Source of the DNA: Thermoplasmata archaeon
GTDB taxonomy: Archaea; Thermoplasmatota; Thermoplasmata; Lutacidiplasmatales; UBA184
Direction of reading: 5' to 3'
NCBI GenBank assembly: GCA_027314915.1
Contig: DAHUZZ010000006.1
Location: 23,869 to 87,868, forward strand
DNA: 64,000 nucleotides
The notes beneath the pieces were generated by a model, which did not search any database, was not told where the DNA came from, and was given only the letters and a program-made list of their open reading frames with translations. Shown one piece after another: positions 17,259 through 26,001 of this stretch. The position numbers and the translations under genes were made by a program. The number at the start of each line of letters is the position of its first letter. Position 1 is the first letter of the stretch.

Positions 17259-18083
17259 GTGACCGTCAGGTTCGACCGGGACGGCCCGATCGCGATCCTC
17301 ACGCTCGATCGGCCGTCGGCGCTGAACGCGATCGACCCCGAGACCCATGCGCAGCTCCTCGAGGCCTGGGGACGGTTCCGGGACGACGAGGGCCTGCGGG
17401 TCGCGATCCTTCGGGGGGCCGGCGACCGGGCCTTCAGCGCCGGCATCGACCTCAAGCGGCTCCCGGAGTTCTACGCGGAGCTCTACCCGGGCGAGCGCCG
17501 GGAGCGCTGGCAGCGCTCCCCCGGGCTCGCCGGCCTCACCCGGAACTTCGAGGTGGGTAAGCCGGTGATCGCCTCGATCCAGGGCTACTGCCTCGGTCTG
17601 GGCCTCGAGCTGGCGCTCGCCTGCGACCTCCGGATCGCGAGCGAGGAGGCCACCTTCGGCCTGCCCGAGGTGCGCTGGGGGATCATCCCCGGCCAGGGCG
17701 GAACCCAGCGCCTGCCCCGGACGATCCCCCTCGGGGCCGCGCTCGAGATGATCCTCACCGCCGGCCCCATCGACGCCCCCCGCGCCCTCGCCCTCGGGCT
17801 CGTGAACCGGGTCGTCCGCCGCGCCCGACTCGACACCGAGGCCCGCGCCCTCGCCTCCCGCATCGCCGAGCACCCGCCCCGGGCCGTCCGTCAGGCCCGC
17901 GAAGCGGTGCGTCGCGGACTCGAGCTGCCGCTGGTCGACGGCCTCCGGCTCGAGCAGGACCTGGCCGACGCGCTGCGGGGCGCGGCCGAGGGCGCCCGCG
18001 TGGGCGCCAAGTTCTCGGTCCGCCCCCCGCGCCGGGGCCGCCGCCGGTCGGCCTCGCGGGGCCGTTCCCGAGCTTCCCCCTAG
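17259..18083 (+). CDS. Enoyl-CoA hydratase/isomerase
   Basis: LDRPSALNAI, AFSAGIDL, CLGLGLELALACDLR, PEVRWGIIPGQGGTQRLPR. Confidence 0.9.
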   Translation: MTVRFDRDGPIAILTLDRPSALNAIDPETHAQLLEAWGRFRDDEGLRVAILRGAGDRAFSAGIDLKRLPEFYAELYPGERRERWQRSPGLAGLTRNFEVGKPVIASIQGYCLGLGLELALACDLRIASEEATFGLPEVRWGIIPGQGGTQRLPRTIPLGAALEMILTAGPIDAPRALALGLVNRVVRRARLDTEARALASRIAEHPPRAVRQAREAVRRGLELPLVDGLRLEQDLADALRGAAEGARVGAKFSVRPPRRGRRRSASRGRSRASP

Positions 18084-18150
18084 CACGCGCCCGGGGCGTC
18101 GGGAGGTCGACCCCCCCAAGCGTTATGCGGGGTCATTCGGTCCGGCCGGC

Positions 18151-18285
18151 ATGTTCCGGTGCATTCGCTGCGGGGAGGCGCTCCCGAGCGACGCGAACCT
18201 GTTCGGCGTCCGCTGCGATAACTGCGGCGGGAAGATCTTCACGAAGGAGCACCCCAACGTGAAGAAGGTCCTCAAGGCCCGGTAG
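18151..18285 (+). CDS. rpoP: DNA-directed RNA polymerase subunit P (Rpo12)
   Basis: Translated by hand as MFRCIRCGEALPSDANLFGVRCDNCGGKIFTKEHPNVKKVLKAR (44 aa), with the CxxC..RCxxCGxKIFxK pattern. Too short for the ORF track. Confidence 0.9.
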   Translation: MFRCIRCGEALPSDANLFGVRCDNCGGKIFTKEHPNVKKVLKAR

Positions 18286-18328
18286 GACCCTCCGACCGGC
18301 CCGGCCGGCCTTCCGGTACCGCCCTCGA

Positions 18329-19444
18329 TTGTTTCGGGTCCCCTTTCGTACCGCGGACCCGCCGTACCCCCCGGGGGTCGCCGTGCGCGCCACCGGGGTC
18401 CGTACCGAGGACCACCGGTCGTGGCTGCCCCGGCCTCCCGCGCTCGCCCGGAACCTTCCGTGGATCCTCCTCATCCTTCTCTCCATCAGCTTCGCGGAAC
18501 TGCTCACGGGCTCCACGCCGGTCCCGGCCCTCGTTCTCGACCCGCTGAGCGGGGTCTTCCTGGTCGGACTGTACGGGGCCGGGGTCCTCCTCGTTCGCGA
18601 GGCGGGGGTCCGGTGGGCGAAGGGCTGGCCCTCGATCCTCCTGCTCGGGGTGGCGTACGGGATCTCGGAGGAGGGGCTCGGAACGAAGACCTTCTTCGGT
18701 CCGAAGGGGGTCGGGTATCTCGCGACCTACGGGCACGCCCTCGGTGTGAACTGGGTAGGGGCGACCGAGCTCGCCCTCTTCCAAGCCCTCTTCAGCATCG
18801 CCCTGCCCATCGCGGTGGTGGGGCTCGTCTTCCCCGCCCCGGCGCGATCGCCGTGGCTCACGAGCCGCCGGTCGCTCGGGTTCGTCCTGGGCGCGTTCGT
18901 GGCCACCGTCGCGGCCATGTTCGTCCTGGTCAACCCCTCGGAGGACCCCGGGCTTCCGCTCGTGGCCACCGCGCTCGCGCTCCTCGCGGCCCTCGGGGTC
19001 CTGGCGCGGCTCGTCCCCGCGACCCTCGGCGACCCCCGGGCGACCGGACCGGACCGTGGGGTCCGAGGGTACCGGGCGGTCCTCGTCGGAGCGACCTTCG
19101 TCTGGGGGTTCTTCGGGCTCTCCTGGATCGGACCCCGCGGGATCCCGTACCCGGCGCTCACGGCGGGGGCCATCGCCGCCTGGACGATCGGCTTCGGCGC
19201 GGCGCTCTACGCGGACCGGGCGTCGTGGGCGGCGCCGGGCGCGCAGCTCGGGTTCATCTCGGGAGCGCTCTCCTTCCCGCTCACCCTCGCCCTCGCGGGG
19301 GCCCTCCTGGGGGACCCGGCGGTACTGGTCGTGGTGGGAGCGGTGGTGCTCCTCCTGGTCGATCTCCACCGCGCGGGGGAGCGGACGGGGATCCGGTACG
19401 GGGCGCGCGCCCCCGCCCCGGGCGGTCGGGGGGCGCCGCGGTAG
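18329..19444 (+). CDS. Polytopic membrane protein of unknown function
   Basis: About 9-10 hydrophobic helices; AELLTGS, LYGAGVLL.RE and YGISEEGL motifs. Start is uncertain. Confidence 0.7.
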   Translation: MFRVPFRTADPPYPPGVAVRATGVRTEDHRSWLPRPPALARNLPWILLILLSISFAELLTGSTPVPALVLDPLSGVFLVGLYGAGVLLVREAGVRWAKGWPSILLLGVAYGISEEGLGTKTFFGPKGVGYLATYGHALGVNWVGATELALFQALFSIALPIAVVGLVFPAPARSPWLTSRRSLGFVLGAFVATVAAMFVLVNPSEDPGLPLVATALALLAALGVLARLVPATLGDPRATGPDRGVRGYRAVLVGATFVWGFFGLSWIGPRGIPYPALTAGAIAAWTIGFGAALYADRASWAAPGAQLGFISGALSFPLTLALAGALLGDPAVLVVVGAVVLLLVDLHRAGERTGIRYGARAPAPGGRGAPR

Positions 19445-19516
19445 GGCGGATCGCCGGGAACCCGGGGCTGGGGGGGGTACGAAAGGGAAAAGGACCGGGG
19501 CGCCGCTCTCGGTCCA

Positions 19517-20872
19517 GTGCGCGCCCCCACCGTCCGGTTCTATGGCGGCGTGCGCGAGATCGGCGGCAACAAGATCCTCATCGAGGATGGGCCCGACCGC
19601 ATCCTCTTCGACTTCGGCCCCTCCTTCGATCCCCGGTTCGAGGAGTACTACCTCGACTACCTCCAGCCCCGGTCGACGAGCCCGGTCAAGGACCTCCTCG
19701 AGTTCCAGCTCATCCCCTGGATCCCGGGGCTCTACTCGCGGGAGGCGCTCGCGGGGCTCTCCGAGCGCTACGAGCCCCCCCAGATCCACGCGGTGTTCGT
19801 CAGCCACGCCCACTTCGACCACGCGGGGTACCTCCGGTACATCGACCCGGAGATCCCGGTCCATGTCGGCGGGGGGACCCGGACGATCCTCGATGCGATC
19901 GACTCGAGCGGGACGACCTCCTACGGGGAGCATCCGTGGCAGACCTTCGGGGGGAAGCGGGCGATCCGGGTGGGCGGTCTCGAGGTCGTGCCCTACCCCG
20001 TCGACCACTCGGTCCCGCATGCCTACGGGTTCATCGTCCGGACGCGGGAGGGCTCGGTGGTGTACACGGGCGACTTCCGGCAGCATGGCCCCCGGGCCGC
20101 GCTGACCGCGGAGTTCGTCGAGGCGGCCGTCGAGGAGCAGCCGGCGGCCCTCATCATCGAGGGCACCCGGGCCGGCCCCGACCCCCGGAAGAACTTCACC
20201 GAGCAGGGCGTGCGCGAGGGGGTCGACGGGCTCCTCGCCCGGACCCCGGGCCTCGCGATGGCCTCCTGCTATCCCCGCGACGTCGACCGGCTCGGGACCC
20301 TCTATCGGGCGGCCGTCGACTCCGGCCGGGACCTGGTGGTGCCGCTGAGGACCGCCTACCTCCTCGGGGCGCTCGCCGGGGACCGCGAGCTCGAGGTCCC
20401 GGTGCCCGGCCGGGCCCCGAACCTCAAGATCTACCGGCGCCCGAAGAAGCGCTACGCCACCTGGGAGCAGGAGCTCCTCGACGAGGCCGTCGACTCCTCC
20501 TGGGTCCGCGACCATGCCCGGGAGTCGCTCCTCCTGATCGACGTGAACCAGTTCCCGGAGCTCATCGACCTGCGCCCGGAGAAGGGCACGCCGTACGTAC
20601 GGTCGATGAGCGAGCCGTTCTCGGAGGAGGACGGCAACGACCGGGTGCTCCACAACTGGCTCGACCATTTCGGGCTCCGGCTCGAGCAGTTCCACGCCTC
20701 GGGCCACTGCTCCGGCGCGGAGCTCATCGAGATCGGCCGCCGGATCCGGGCGCGGACGTTCTTCCCGATCCACACCGAGCACCCCGAGGCGTTCGAGGGC
20801 GAGGTCGAGAACGTCCGGTCGCCCCAGAAGTTCGTCGCCTACGGGCTCCCCGACGGCCGGGAGATCGCGTGA
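19517..20872 (+). CDS. Metallo-beta-lactamase/beta-CASP nuclease (RNase J-like)
   Basis: GGVREIGGN, LFDFG, SHAHFDH, VDHS, YTGDFR, HASGH, PIHTE. Confidence 0.85.
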   Translation: MRAPTVRFYGGVREIGGNKILIEDGPDRILFDFGPSFDPRFEEYYLDYLQPRSTSPVKDLLEFQLIPWIPGLYSREALAGLSERYEPPQIHAVFVSHAHFDHAGYLRYIDPEIPVHVGGGTRTILDAIDSSGTTSYGEHPWQTFGGKRAIRVGGLEVVPYPVDHSVPHAYGFIVRTREGSVVYTGDFRQHGPRAALTAEFVEAAVEEQPAALIIEGTRAGPDPRKNFTEQGVREGVDGLLARTPGLAMASCYPRDVDRLGTLYRAAVDSGRDLVVPLRTAYLLGALAGDRELEVPVPGRAPNLKIYRRPKKRYATWEQELLDEAVDSSWVRDHARESLLLIDVNQFPELIDLRPEKGTPYVRSMSEPFSEEDGNDRVLHNWLDHFGLRLEQFHASGHCSGAELIEIGRRIRARTFFPIHTEHPEAFEGEVENVRSPQKFVAYGLPDGREIA

Positions 20873-21567
20873 CGCCCGACGAGCCCGGCGCCCCGGCGCA
20901 CGACCTCGTCCCCACGGGCGCCGCGCCGGTCGACGAGCTGCTCGGCGGCGGGCTCGCCCCGGACGGGCTCACGGAGGTCTACGGCGAGGGCGGCACCGGG
21001 AAGACCATCCTCTGCCTCTCCGCCGCGATCCGGGTGGCGCTCTCCGACCGCTGGGTGTTCTACGTGGACACCGAGGGCGTCTCGACGGACCGGCTCAGGT
21101 CCATGAGCGGAGGGAGCGCCGACCGGGTCCTCCGCCGGCTCCTGCTCGCCTCGCCGCCCGGCCTCGAGGACCAGGCCGAGGCGGTGCGGACGGCGTGCGC
21201 GCTCGCCCGGGACGGCCGGCGCAAGGTCGGGCTCATCGTCCTCGACTCGGCGACGCTGTACTACCGGCTCGCCCTGGGGACCCCCGGCGAGGACGAGGGG
21301 CGGGGGGCGCTGATGGGCCAGCTCGCCGGCCTGCTCTCGACCGCCCTCGCGGCCCACGTGCCGGTCCTCTTCACGAACCAGGTCTGGCGGAACGTCTCCT
21401 CCGGGGAGCTCGAACCCATCGGCGGCTCCTTCGTGAACCACCTGTCGAAGACGATCCTCCGGTTCGACCGGCTCTCGGGCGGCCGCCGGAGGGCGGTCCT
21501 GGTCAAGCACCGCGACCGGCCGGAGCGGGAGACCACGTTCCGGATCACCGCCCGCGGCCTCGAATGA
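20869..21567 (+). CDS. radB: DNA repair and recombination protein RadB
   Basis: DELLGGG, Walker A GEGGTGKT, YVDTEG, VLDS..YYR, TNQV, KHR motif. GTGA overlap with the upstream gene. Confidence 0.9.
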   Translation: MTPDEPGAPAHDLVPTGAAPVDELLGGGLAPDGLTEVYGEGGTGKTILCLSAAIRVALSDRWVFYVDTEGVSTDRLRSMSGGSADRVLRRLLLASPPGLEDQAEAVRTACALARDGRRKVGLIVLDSATLYYRLALGTPGEDEGRGALMGQLAGLLSTALAAHVPVLFTNQVWRNVSSGELEPIGGSFVNHLSKTILRFDRLSGGRRRAVLVKHRDRPERETTFRITARGLE

Positions 21568-22211
21568 GCGCCCCGCCCATCGCACCCTCTTATCCCCCGG
21601 CCGAGGTACCCCCGGGCATGGACGCGCCCCTCCGCATGACGAACGTCCCGACCCCGATCGGTACCTTCCGCGTGGTCTACCAGGGCCGGACCCTCCGGCT
21701 CGTCGATCTGCTCGAGCGGGGGACCCCGGAGTCGCCCGTGCCCCCGGGGGCGGAGCTGGAGAAGGGTCACGCCGCGAAGGACTCGCCACCCGCCCAGCTC
21801 CGGGAGTACTTCCACGGCCGGCGCCAGAGCTTCGACGTCGAGGTCCCCGAGGACCTGGGCACCGAGTTCGACCGCGCCGTCTGGAGGGAGCTCGCGAAGG
21901 TGCCCGCGGGCACCACGATCACCTACGGCGAGCTCGCCCGGAGGGCGGGCCACGCCGGGGCCGCCCGCGCCGTCGGCGGCTCCATGCACCGCAACCCCGT
22001 GCCCATCGTGATCCCCTGCCACCGGGTCGTGGGCGACGACCGCTCGCTCACCGGCTACGGCCTCGGGCTGTGGCGGAAGCGGTGGCTGCTCGAGCACGAG
22101 GGCGCCTGGCCGCTCCGGGACGGGACCCCCGACGGACCGCGGTACGCGGGGCAGCGGACCCTCGACGCCCGGCGCAGCCGCCGCCCGGCGAACGCCGGGA
22201 ACTCCTCGTAG
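21564..22211 (+). CDS. ogt: Methylated-DNA--protein-cysteine methyltransferase
   Basis: TITYGELA, ARAVG, active-site NPVPIVIPCHRVV, LLEHEG. ATGA overlap with radB. Confidence 0.93.
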   Translation: MSAPPIAPSYPPAEVPPGMDAPLRMTNVPTPIGTFRVVYQGRTLRLVDLLERGTPESPVPPGAELEKGHAAKDSPPAQLREYFHGRRQSFDVEVPEDLGTEFDRAVWRELAKVPAGTTITYGELARRAGHAGAARAVGGSMHRNPVPIVIPCHRVVGDDRSLTGYGLGLWRKRWLLEHEGAWPLRDGTPDGPRYAGQRTLDARRSRRPANAGNSS

Positions 22212-22421
22212 CGGCGCGGCTCCGGATCCCGGGTCGGCGACCCTCCGGCGAGGCGGACCGCCAGGGTCCGACGCCGTCCTCGGGCGCCTCCTCCCGCCGG
22301 GGGGGTGCCCGTCGCCCGGGCGGCCCGCCGGCCGCTCGCGTGCGCGGCCGACGCGGGCGATCTCCTCGCCCACGGCGGCGGACGCGCCGCCGACCGATGA
22401 GGACCCTCGGGACGGGGCCGC

Positions 22422-24623
22422 CTACCCGGAGTAGTAGGCCGCGTCGTAGGGCTCGGGCTTGAGCCCGCGGCGCTGCCGGACCTGGGCGACGACCTCCTTC
22501 TGCATCTCGCTCGGGAGCGTCTCGAAGCCCATCGACTCGGTGGCCCAGAGCACCTTCCCGGCGGTCGCGCTCCGGATGTCCGAGGCGAAGCCGAACATCT
22601 CGGCGACCGGGACCTTGGCGACCACCGTCTGGAGATCGCCGACGCTGGTCATGTCGAGGATCTCGCCGCGCCGGCGCTGGAGCTCCCGCGTGGCGTTCGC
22701 GAGCACCTCCTGCGGCACGTTCACGGTGACCTTCTGGAGCGGTTCCAGGAGCACGCGGCCGGCGAGCACCATGGCGCCGTACATCCCCGACCGGGCCGCC
22801 GGGATGGTCTGGGCGGGACCCCGGTGGATCGAGTCCTCGTGGAGCTTCGCGTCGACCAGGCGGACCTTGAGCCCGTAGACCTTCTCGTTGGCGAGCGGTC
22901 CCCGGTTCATGGCCTCCTTGAAGGCGTCGACGACCAGGTCCATGGTCTCGTTGAGGTACTGGATCCCCTTGGTCACGTCGAAGAGGATGTTCGTGCCCTC
23001 GATGGCGACGATCCCGCGCCCCTCGTCCCGGGGGACCCCGAGCTCCTCGAGCTTGGTGACGAGCGCCTTGGTGTCCTTGAAGGACTTCCCCTGGGGGATC
23101 TCGCCCTCCTTGAGGGCCTGGGTGAGCGCGCTCGGGAGCGGCTCGACCTCGAAGTAGAACTTGTTGTGCTTGTTCGGGCTCTTCCCCTCGAAGGGGCCGC
23201 CCGGGCCCTTCACCGTCTCCCGGTAGACGACGATCGGCTTCGAGGCCTGGATCTCGACCCGGTAGTCGTTCACGATCCGGAACTGGGTGATCTCGAGGTG
23301 GAGCTCGCCCATCCCCGAGAGGAGGTGCTCGCCGGTCTCCGGGTTGATCTCGACCCGGAGGGAGGCGTCCTCCTTGGCGATCTTGCGCATCGTCTCGATG
23401 AGCTTCGGCAGGTCGGCCATGTGCTTGGGTTCGATGGCGACCGTCACCACCGGCTCGGAGACGTGGCGGATCTCCTCGAAGGGGATCATGTCCGGCACCG
23501 TGGACATGGTCGTGCCGGCGAAGGCGTCGGAGAGGCCGATCACGGCGGCGATGTTGCCGGCGGTGACCTCCTCGACCATGAGCCGCTCGGGCCCCATGAA
23601 GAGCGAGACGTGCTGGACCCGGTTCTTCGCCTTCGCGCCGGCGACCATGAGCTCCATGCCCTTCTGCAGCCTTCCGGAGAAGAGCCGCCCCGTCGCGATC
23701 TCGCCCGCGTTCGGGTCCATCGTGATGTCGGTGACCATGAACGTCGTGGGACCCGCCGCGTCGGTCGCCGCCATCGCCAGGCCGACGGAGGAGCCGGCCT
23801 CGCCCCGCCAGATGTTCGGGATCCGGTACTTCTGCGCCTGCGCGGGATTGGGCAGGTGCTTCACGACCATGTCGAAGATCACGTCGTTGATCCGGGCCTT
23901 CTTCGCGATCTCCTTGGAGCGGTCCGTCGAGACGTAGTCGATGATGTCCTTGAACTTCACGCCGGTCCGCTGCATGTAGGGGATGCTGATCGCCCAGTTC
24001 TCGTAGCCGCTGCCGAAGGCGACCGAGCCGTCCCGGGGGTCCACCGACCACGCATCGACGAACTCCTCCGGGGCCATCTTCCGGATGAGCTCGTTGACCT
24101 CGGTGATGATCGCGGTGAACCGCTTCTGGAACGAATCGGGCGTGAGCTTGAGCTCCTTGATGGCCCGGTCGACCTTGTTGATGAAGAGGACCGGCTTCAC
24201 CTTCTCCCGGAGCGCCTGGCGGAGCACGGTCTCGGTCTGGGCCATGACGCCCTCGACGGCGCAGACCACGACCACGGCCCCGTCCACCGCGCGCATCGCG
24301 CGCGTCACGTCGCCGCCAAAGTCGACGTGGCCCGGCGTGTCGATGAGGTTGATCAGGTACTGCTGGTTCTCGTACTCGTGGACGATGGTGACGTCGGCGT
24401 TGTTGATCGTCAGGAGACGGGCCTGCTCCTGCTCGTCGAAGTTGAGGTAGAGCTGCTTGCCGGCGAGCTCGTTCGAGATCATGCCCGCGGCGGCGAGCAG
24501 GTTGTCCGACAGGGTCGTCTTCCCGTGGTGGATGTGGGCCACGATGCCGATGTTGCGGATGCGGTCGACCTGCCGCATCATCTCGGGAATGGCCGCCGCC
24601 AGCTCGCTCCGGATGTGGGTCAT
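22422..24623 (-). CDS. fusA: Translation elongation factor aEF-2
   Basis: DTPGHVDF, NKVD, SGMGELHLE, EGKSPNKHN and diphthamide loop HEDSIHRGPAQ. Confidence 0.97.
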   Translation of the reverse strand: MTHIRSELAAAIPEMMRQVDRIRNIGIVAHIHHGKTTLSDNLLAAAGMISNELAGKQLYLNFDEQEQARLLTINNADVTIVHEYENQQYLINLIDTPGHVDFGGDVTRAMRAVDGAVVVVCAVEGVMAQTETVLRQALREKVKPVLFINKVDRAIKELKLTPDSFQKRFTAIITEVNELIRKMAPEEFVDAWSVDPRDGSVAFGSGYENWAISIPYMQRTGVKFKDIIDYVSTDRSKEIAKKARINDVIFDMVVKHLPNPAQAQKYRIPNIWRGEAGSSVGLAMAATDAAGPTTFMVTDITMDPNAGEIATGRLFSGRLQKGMELMVAGAKAKNRVQHVSLFMGPERLMVEEVTAGNIAAVIGLSDAFAGTTMSTVPDMIPFEEIRHVSEPVVTVAIEPKHMADLPKLIETMRKIAKEDASLRVEINPETGEHLLSGMGELHLEITQFRIVNDYRVEIQASKPIVVYRETVKGPGGPFEGKSPNKHNKFYFEVEPLPSALTQALKEGEIPQGKSFKDTKALVTKLEELGVPRDEGRGIVAIEGTNILFDVTKGIQYLNETMDLVVDAFKEAMNRGPLANEKVYGLKVRLVDAKLHEDSIHRGPAQTIPAARSGMYGAMVLAGRVLLEPLQKVTVNVPQEVLANATRELQRRRGEILDMTSVGDLQTVVAKVPVAEMFGFASDIRSATAGKVLWATESMGFETLPSEMQKEVVAQVRQRRGLKPEPYDAAYYSG

Positions 24624-24654
24624 GGATGCTTGACTCCGCCGCTACGAGGATCCG

Positions 24655-25347
24655 CTACCGGGCCGACTGCGCGACGCGCTCGACCTCTTCCTTCCGGCCG
24701 ACGGCGAAGCTCGTGAGGTCCGCCTTCGACGCGAGGATGATCTCGCTCGCGAGGCAGCTGTGGATGGGCCTGGTCGACTTCCGCGACGCCTGGATGGCGC
24801 CCAGCGCCAGGTTGCGGATCGCGACCGAGGCCCGGCGCGCCGGCGCCGAGTCGACCGCCCGGGGCACCGAGATGCCGCCGAACTGGAGCCGGGTGACCTC
24901 CTCGCGGGGCGCCGCGTTCTCGACGGCGTTCACGAGGAGCTGGAGCGGGTTCGCCTTCTCGCGGGCGGCCACCTCGTCGAAGGCGAGCTTGATCGTGGTG
25001 ATCGCCTTGGACTTCTTCCCGGTGAACTTCCCGCCCTTCATCAGGTTGTTCGCGAGCCGCTCGACGAGGTGCATGTGCGCCTTCATGAACGGCCGCCCCG
25101 AGAGCTTCCCCTCGGTGTGCGGGCTGTAGATCGGGTGGACGTAGAGGTGGGGCGCGAGCCCCGGGTCGTGGATCTCGATCCCCTCGAAGGGGTACTTCCC
25201 GAACAGGGGCGGCAGCGCGAACGGGGGCGGGGGCGGCGCCGGAGCGCGCACGATGGGCGGTACGACCTCCTCGGTGCCCGGCTCGAGCCCGGCGAGGGCC
25301 GGGTGGGTGGGCGCCCGGGGGGCGGCCGGCGGGGGGGCTCCGCTCAT
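24655..25347 (-). CDS. rps7: 30S ribosomal protein uS7 (Pro/Ala-rich N-terminal extension)
   Basis: [48 protein letters not shown]. Confidence 0.95.
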   Translation of the reverse strand: MSGAPPPAAPRAPTHPALAGLEPGTEEVVPPIVRAPAPPPPPFALPPLFGKYPFEGIEIHDPGLAPHLYVHPIYSPHTEGKLSGRPFMKAHMHLVERLANNLMKGGKFTGKKSKAITTIKLAFDEVAAREKANPLQLLVNAVENAAPREEVTRLQFGGISVPRAVDSAPARRASVAIRNLALGAIQASRKSTRPIHSCLASEIILASKADLTSFAVGRKEEVERVAQSAR

Positions 25348-25778
25348 CGCTGCGGCTTCTCCTTCCGGCCCCGGACCAGCTCGTCGAGGGAGGTCCCGTT
25401 GACCTGGATCACCTTGTACCGGACCCCGGGGATGTCCCCGTAGGACCGGCCCATCCGGCCCCCGATGCCCTCGACCAGGACCTCGTCATGCTCGTCGATG
25501 AAGTTGATGGCGCCGTCGCCGACGGCGAACGCGGTGACCTGTCGGCCGTTCTTGATGAGCTGCACCTTCACGCACTTGCGGATCGCCGAGTTGGGCTGCT
25601 TGGCCTCGACGCCGACCTTCTCGAGCACGATGCCGCGCGCCTGGGGGGCCCCCTCGAGCGGGTCGGAACGCTGCTTGAGCCGCAGCGTCCTCCGCTTGTA
25701 GTACCGGTCGGACCAGCGGCGCCGCTGACGCAGCGCTACGAGCCGTCCGCCCGTGTTGAGACCCGACGGTGGAGCCAT
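25344..25778 (-). CDS. rps12: 30S ribosomal protein uS12
   Basis: [30 protein letters not shown]. Confidence 0.97.
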   Translation of the reverse strand: MAPPSGLNTGGRLVALRQRRRWSDRYYKRRTLRLKQRSDPLEGAPQARGIVLEKVGVEAKQPNSAIRKCVKVQLIKNGRQVTAFAVGDGAINFIDEHDEVLVEGIGGRMGRSYGDIPGVRYKVIQVNGTSLDELVRGRKEKPQR

Positions 25779-25814
25779 GGATCGCCCTCGAGGGGGCGAG
25801 CCATCGGGCCTCCC

Positions 25815-25821
25815 TATTTAA
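25815..25821 (-). promoter_or_regulatory. TATA box (TTAAATA) for the rps12-rps7-fusA operon
   Basis: AT-rich heptamer about 37 nt upstream of the rps12 ATG. Confidence 0.6.
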
Positions 25822-26001
25822 GTCTCGCTCCGCGACGGCGCCGTCGACGAGAAAACCGCCCATCGGGCGGCGCGACCGACCGCCCGGACCCTGCCGTGCC
25901 GGAGCACGGCCGGGGGTCCCTCCTCGTCCCGCCGCCCGCTCCCCGCCCGCCCCGGCCTCGCGGGGCGGCAACGGCTAAGCTCGCGGAGGGCTCATGGACC
26001 C

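Noticed and set aside
7565-18150. Active mobile element (IS, integrase or target-site duplication) around the bcr block
   Set aside because: No recombinase or transposase ORF, and no direct or inverted repeat is shared by the two junction regions.
18421-21567. 1048-aa plus-strand ORF
   Set aside because: Only the last ~232 aa (RadB) are real. The rest is an Arg/Pro/Gly-rich off-frame read of two other genes, caused by high GC.
22212-22421. GC-rich intergenic region between convergent ogt and fusA as a structured ncRNA
   Set aside because: Possible stems are expected by chance at this GC content, and there is no recognisable RNA motif or U-tract.
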